Below, piece after piece: positions 57,379 through 64,000 of a stretch of 64,000 nt of DNA. This DNA comes from the human T2T-CHM13v2.0 reference genome, Homo sapiens: the NCBI RefSeq assembly GCF_009914755.1, contig NC_060925.1; one strand, given 5' to 3'. Numbering within the stretch: the stretch's first letter is position 1; each line of letters starts with the position of its first letter. Made by a program: the position numbers and the translations under genes. The notes below the pieces were generated by a model. That model did not search any database. It saw nothing but the letters and a program-made list of their open reading frames with translations, and had not been told where the DNA came from.

Positions 57379-60300
57379 CTAAATTTTGTTTTAAAGAAGG
57401 TACACTGAGAGTTCTGAGCTAAAATTTCTTGTAGAATGAAATAAGGGTGAATAATATGCATTGGCATATAATTAAGGTGCCTAATTGTATAATGTAATGA
57501 GACATTCAAAGAAAAGGATAAATCTCCGAGAATGAGAAGAACTACAATAAAATTTATAAGGGAATTTTAGATTCTCAAGATTACAAGAGTCTTCAAAAGT
57601 CCAGTCAATGTATTTTGAAGTTGGCTGTGCATAAGAGCTATCTTAGGTTGGTTTGTTGTTAGTTTTTATGAAACACAGATTTCTAGATGTCTTTGCTCCT
57701 TTAAATATTCTGATTCTAATTTATTAGGGCAAATTTCACCACCCTTCAATTCAGTGCTCACCTTCTCCAGATTTCATGCTGTTGGCTCCCCAATTGCTTT
57801 AAAATCTGAAACGTGTTTCAAAGGCTATTTTTTGACCACTGTCAAACAAAATATAATGCACCTTGTTGAATTATGTAGAGAGATTCTCTGAAAAAGGATC
57901 CGATATTTAGTTTCTACTAAATTTTCACCATGTTTATTTTCACAACAGTAAAAAAAAATGTAAAAAGGATAAGAAAAAAAAATTCCAGATAATTAGAACA
58001 ACAAAAGAGAGGCACTCATCCATTCATTCACAGCAAATTTATTAAGCACCTACTATTTATCAGGAACTAGAGATGCTATGGCTTTTTTTCTTAACACTGG
58101 GTAAAATAGCGTAAAAGTTAGGATTCTTTCAGAGTAAGCTGCAAGTGTTGAACTGCAGTTACAAAATTATTTATTGGTAAAACCAAGTCCTAGGTAATGG
58201 AAAACAGCTACATTTTATTAAGCAAACAAGCCTAGACTTGTATTGTTAGAAGGAATTAAAACTGATTTGATTGAGAAAAGCCAAATGCTATTGAAGTTAT
58301 AAGAATAATGTAATTTTGTGCATCTTAAAATTTAAAAAGCCAATTTAGGACATTGCCATCTTGCTTTATTTATTTATTTTTTATTATTAGCATGATGGTT
58401 CATTTCACTTTGAGATTTTGCACCACTAAGTTATTTTAAAATCCTTATATATTTTTATTTTAACAAATTTAATATTTAGTTTTAAATGCAATTTAAAAAA
58501 TTATAGTTGGTATATATTTATGTGGTACAAAGTGATGTGATTCTTGAATACAATGTGGAATAATTAAATCAAGTTAATTAATATGTTTATCACTTCAAAT
58601 AGATATCATTTTTTGTGGTGTATTCTCAGTGATTTTGAAATGCACAATGCAGTACTATTTACTATATCTACCACAGTATGCAATGGATTTCAAAGTAAAC
58701 AAACAACTTCCTCCTATTTGAGGCATTGTACCCTTTGACAATTATCTCCCTAAGCCCCTCATTTCTCTCTACCCTCAGCCACTGGTGACCACCATTCTAC
58801 TTTCTGCCTCTTTGAGTTCAATTTTTTTAGGTTCCACATATAAGAAAAACATTGTGCTTGCCTCTCTATCTCTGGCTTCTTTCACTTAGTATAATGTTCT
58901 CCAATTCCATTTACTTTGTTGCAAATGACAAAATTTCCTTCTTCTGTAAGGCTGAATAGTATTCCATTGTGTATATATTTCTCATTTTCTCTATCCATTT
59001 ATTTGCTGATGGATAGTAAGATTGATTCCATAACTTTGCTATTGTGAATAGTGTGTCAATAAACATCAGAGTGCAAGCATCTGTTTAACATACTGATCTC
59101 AAATCCTTTGAGTAAATACCTAGAAGTTGAACTGCTGGATTATATGGTGATTTTATTTTTACTTGTTGAATAACCTTCATAAGGTTTTTCATAATGGCTA
59201 TACTAATTTACTTTTCCACCAACAGTATACATTTTTCCTTTTCTCCACATTCTCACCAACACTTATTATCTTTTGTATTTTTGATAACAGCCATTCTGAC
59301 AGGTGTGATTTAATACCTTATTGTGTTTTTAATTTTCTTATCTCTAATGATTAGTGATACTGAGCATTTTTTAATATATCAGTTGGCTATTTGTATCTCT
59401 TCTTTTGAGAAAAGTCTATTCAGGCCTCTTGCCTATTTCATAATTGGATTATTTGTTTTCTTTCTATAGAAAAGAGAGAAAATAGAATTGTTGAGTGTTT
59501 TATATATTTTGGATGTTAATCCCATATCAGATGCATGGCTTGCCAAAATTTTCTTCTAATCCTTAGGTTATATCTAAATTCTATTAATTGTTTTGTCTGT
59601 TGTGGGGAAGCTTTTTATTTAATGTAATCACATTCATCTATTTTTGCTTTTGTTGTCTGCAACAAATCAAAAAAATTACTGCCCAGACTAATACTGTGTA
59701 GTTTTTCCCCTATGGTTTCTTTTTGGTATTTTACAATTCCAGGTGTTATGTTTAGTCCATTTTTAGTTGATTTTTGTATACGGTGTGAGATAAGGGTCCA
59801 ATTTCATTCTTCTACATATGGATATCTAGTTTTCTAAACACTATTTATTAAATAAACTGTCCAATTGCCAATGTATACTTGTCACTTTTGTCAAAAGTCA
59901 ATTGACTATACATGTGTGGGCTCATTACTGGGCTCTCCATCCTGTTCCGTTGAAAGATGAGTGTAGGTTTATGTCAGTACAATGCTGTTTTAATTACTAT
60001 CGCTTAGCAATATAGTTTGAAATCAGGTAGTGTAATACCTCCAGATTTGGTCTTTTTGCTCATGATTGCCTTGTCTATTTGATTTTTTTTATGATTTTCT
60101 GCAAATTTTAGGATTATTTTATTCTATTTCTATGAAAAATAACATTGGAATTTTGATAATGATTACAAGGAATCTGCAGATTATTTGGGGTAGTAAGGAC
60201 AGGTTTGCAACATTAATTCTTCCAATCCATGAACACTGGATATTTTTCCACTTATTGCATCTTTGTTAATATTTTTAATTAATATTTTATAGTTTTCAAT

Positions 60301-60874
60301 GTACAGGTCTTTCACCTTTTTGGTTAATTTTTTTCTTAAGTATGTATTTTTTAGCTATTGTCCTTGGAATCTTTTCCTTTTCTGGATAGTTTATTGTTAG
60401 TCTACAGGAGTGCTACTAATTTTTATGTGTTGATTTTGTGTCCTACACCTTTACAGTATTCATTTATTAGTTCTAACAGTTTTTTTTTTTGATGTGAAAT
60501 CTTTAAGGTTTCCTATATATAAGATTATGTCATCAGCAGTGACAATTTCACTTTTATCTTTCCTACTTTCATGCCTTTTATTTATTTATTTATTCCCCTT
60601 GATTGCTCTGGCAAGGACTTCCAATACTATGTTGAATAGAAGTGGTGAGACAAAGCATTCTTGTCTTGTTCTGGATCTTAGAGGAAAGGATTTCCATTTT
60701 TCACCACTGTGTATTATACTAGCTGTGAGCCTATCATTTATGGCCTTTGTTGTGCTGAATTACATTCCTTGTATACATAATTTGTTGAATTTTTAAAAAA
60801 ATCATAAGAGGATTTTAATTTTGTACAGTGCTTTTTCAACGTCTAATCAAATGATCACATGGTTTTTGTCTTTC

Positions 60875-61524
<650 letters not shown>

Positions 61525-62961
61525 ATCCTTTACTCTTCTAATGTGATTGATCTGCATATATTGAACAATACTTCTATCCCAGGGATGAATCTTACTTAAT
61601 CATGGTGAACACTGTTGTTTTAATGTGTTATTGAAATTGTCTTTGCTAACATTCTGTTGAGGACTTTTGCATCTATTTCTAACAATGATCTTGGCCTGTA
61701 GTTTTCTTTTCTTGTTCTCTTCTTGTCTGGCTTTTGTAGTATCAGTGTGATGCCGGCTTCCTAAAGAGATTTTGGAAGTATTCCCACCTCTTCAATTTTT
61801 TCAGAATTTGTGAAGGAATTATACTAGTTCTTTAAATGTTTGGTAAGAATTCATGAGTGAAACCATCAGACTCTTGGCGTTTCTTTGATGGGAGACTTTA
61901 AATTACTGATTCAATCTCCTTACATATTGTTGGTCTGTTCAGATTTTCTATTTCTTCATGATGCAGTCTTTGTAGGTTGTATTGGTCTAGAAATGTATCC
62001 GTTTCTTCCAGGTTATCCAATTTGGGGGCCTATAATTGTTCATAATAGTATCTTATACTTTGTATTTCTGTGGTATAAGTTTCAATGTCTCTGCTTTCAT
62101 TTCTGATTTTACTTGAGTCTTAACTCTTTTTGCCCATTAGTCCAGTTAAAAGTTTATCTTAAAAAAAAAAAAAAAACTTTAGTTCCATTGATCTTTTGTA
62201 TTATATTTCTGCTCTAATCATTATTATTTTTTTCCTTCTGCTGATTTTAGGCTTAGTTTGTTCTTCACTTTTATATTTCCTTGAGGCATAAGATCAAGTT
62301 GTTTATTCTTCTTTTTGATGTAGGCATTTATTGCTATAAACTTTCCTCTTAGAAGCTTTTGCTGCATCTCATAAGTTTGAATATGTTGTTTCCACTTTTG
62401 TTTTTCTCGAAATATTTTCTAATTTGTCTTTTATTATTTTTTGTTTACCCATTTATCAGGAGCTTTTTAAAAATTTCCATGTATTTTTGAATTTTCCTAG
62501 CTTCTTACTGTTATTGATTTCTAGTTTCATACCACTGTGGTCAGAGAAGGTACTTGATACAATTAGATTGACCAAGACTTGACTTGTGGATGAACATATA
62601 ATCTATCCTGGAGAATATTCCCCATGTGCTTGAGAAGAATGTGTATTCTGTTGATTGATGGAATGTTCCATTTATGTCTGTTAGGCCTGTTGTTCAAGTT
62701 GAATTTTACTTATTAATTTTCTGTTTGGGTGGTCTGTCCATTTTTGAAAGTGGGGTATTGAAGTTTCCTACTGTTACTGTAATATATCCTCTTTTCAGAT
62801 CCTCTAATATTTGCTTTCTATATTTAGGTGCTCTGGTGTTGATGCATATACATTTATAATCATTATAACCTTTTGAGGAATTGACCCCTTTGTCATTATA
62901 TGATTTCCTTCTTTGTCTCTTTTTACAGCTTTGACTTAAGGTTTATTTTGTCTGAAATAAG

Positions 62962-63391
62962 TGTAAGAGTTAAAAAAGAGGAAAGAAACATGAAAAGTGA
63001 TTCAATAGTCAAAGACAGGTTTATTTGGGGGAATAAACCTGAGAGGGGCTTCTGGCTGACTTCAGTCAGGAGCCCTCTCTCTTACAGACTAAGAGTATAT
63101 ATTGGTTTTAGGGTGAGGGGGGCTTATGGTAAGCTTGGAATGTTTCTGTGTTGGGGAGAAGTTTATAGCAGGGTTAGAGTATCTCTGGGCAGAGGGGAGG
63201 TTATCTTGGGGCTGACATCTTTTCGGCTGGAAGGGAGGTTATCTCAGGGCTGGCATGTCTCTGGTAGGGGGTGTTATTTGTGATTTGTGGTCATGCTGAC
63301 CTTAGCCATTAGGCTGATGCCCTTTGGATTTAGGCAGTTTTTCTCTAAAATGGCAGTACTTGTCCAAGATGGTGATGCTCCTGCTGTGTCA
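62962..63391 (-). mobile_element. MER61-family (ERV1) solo LTR
   Basis: TG...CA ends (tgtaagagtt...gctcctgctgtgtca); TSD ataag at 62957-62961 and 63392-63396. Confidence 0.8.
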
Positions 63392-64000
63392 ATAAGGACA
63401 GCTACTTGTACTCTCTTTTGGTTTCCCTTTGCATGGAATATATTTTTCCATCTTTTTAGTTTTTATTTATGTGTATCCTTAAAAGAGAGGTGACTTTCTT
63501 GTAGACAATACAGAGTTGGGTTTTATTTTTTTATATACATTCAGTTTGCCTTTGTCTTTTTAATGCAAAATGTATTACATTTACATTCAAAGTACTCTTG
63601 ATCCTTATTTGATCAAGAGTACTTTGTAGTCAGTAAGGACTTATTACTTATCAAATAAGGATCAAGAGTACTTTGTAGTAAGTAAGGACTTACTACTCAC
63701 ATTTTTAAATTGTTTCTTTGTTGGTTGGTCAATATTTAAATTTTTTCTTGCTCTCTTCCTTTGTGATTGATGATTTTCTGTAGTGGTATGCTTTAAATAC
63801 TTTCTATTTTGTTTAGTGCCTCTACTATAGATTTTTGCTTTGTGGTTACCATGAGGTTTACATATCACATCTGATACGTATAACAATCTATTCCAAGCTG
63901 ACACTAACTCAACTTTAATTGTATACAACTATATGCTTTTATTTCTCACTCCAACATTGTATGCCTTTGATTTTAGAATTTACAATTTATTTTAGCTGTA

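Overview
AT-rich primate (probably human or great-ape) genomic DNA with no intact protein-coding gene that I can support. It opens with the 3' ~75% of the coding region plus 3' UTR of an intronless ADH5 processed pseudogene, which carries a frameshift, a nonsense codon and a poly(A) tail and abuts an old L1 fragment. The rest is largely a mosaic of transposable elements: about 11 Alus (J/S/Y); L1PA, L1PB and L1M pieces, including a twin-primed 5'-inverted L1 and an ORF1-deleted L1 carrying an LTR12 solo LTR; a decayed ERV-L pro-pol; MaLR, MLT2, LTR16 and MER61 LTRs; Tigger3, MER45 and MER5 DNA transposons; L2 and MIR; and a 1.35-kb 33-bp minisatellite. The signal these features do not explain is a set of templated-insertion and fold-back scars. 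A 157-bp unique segment (9989-10145) is copied 3.3 kb downstream with a snap-back junction (13302-13513). A 136-bp L1/TSD/flank junction (16710-16845) is copied in inverted orientation 12 kb away into ERV-L pol (28585-28720). Local fold-back mosaics occur near 14.8, 35.2, 38.7 and 63.6 kb. These resemble fossilised germline polymerase-theta (TMEJ) or template-switch repair events. Repeat subfamily names come from recalled consensus sequences and need RepeatMasker/Dfam confirmation.
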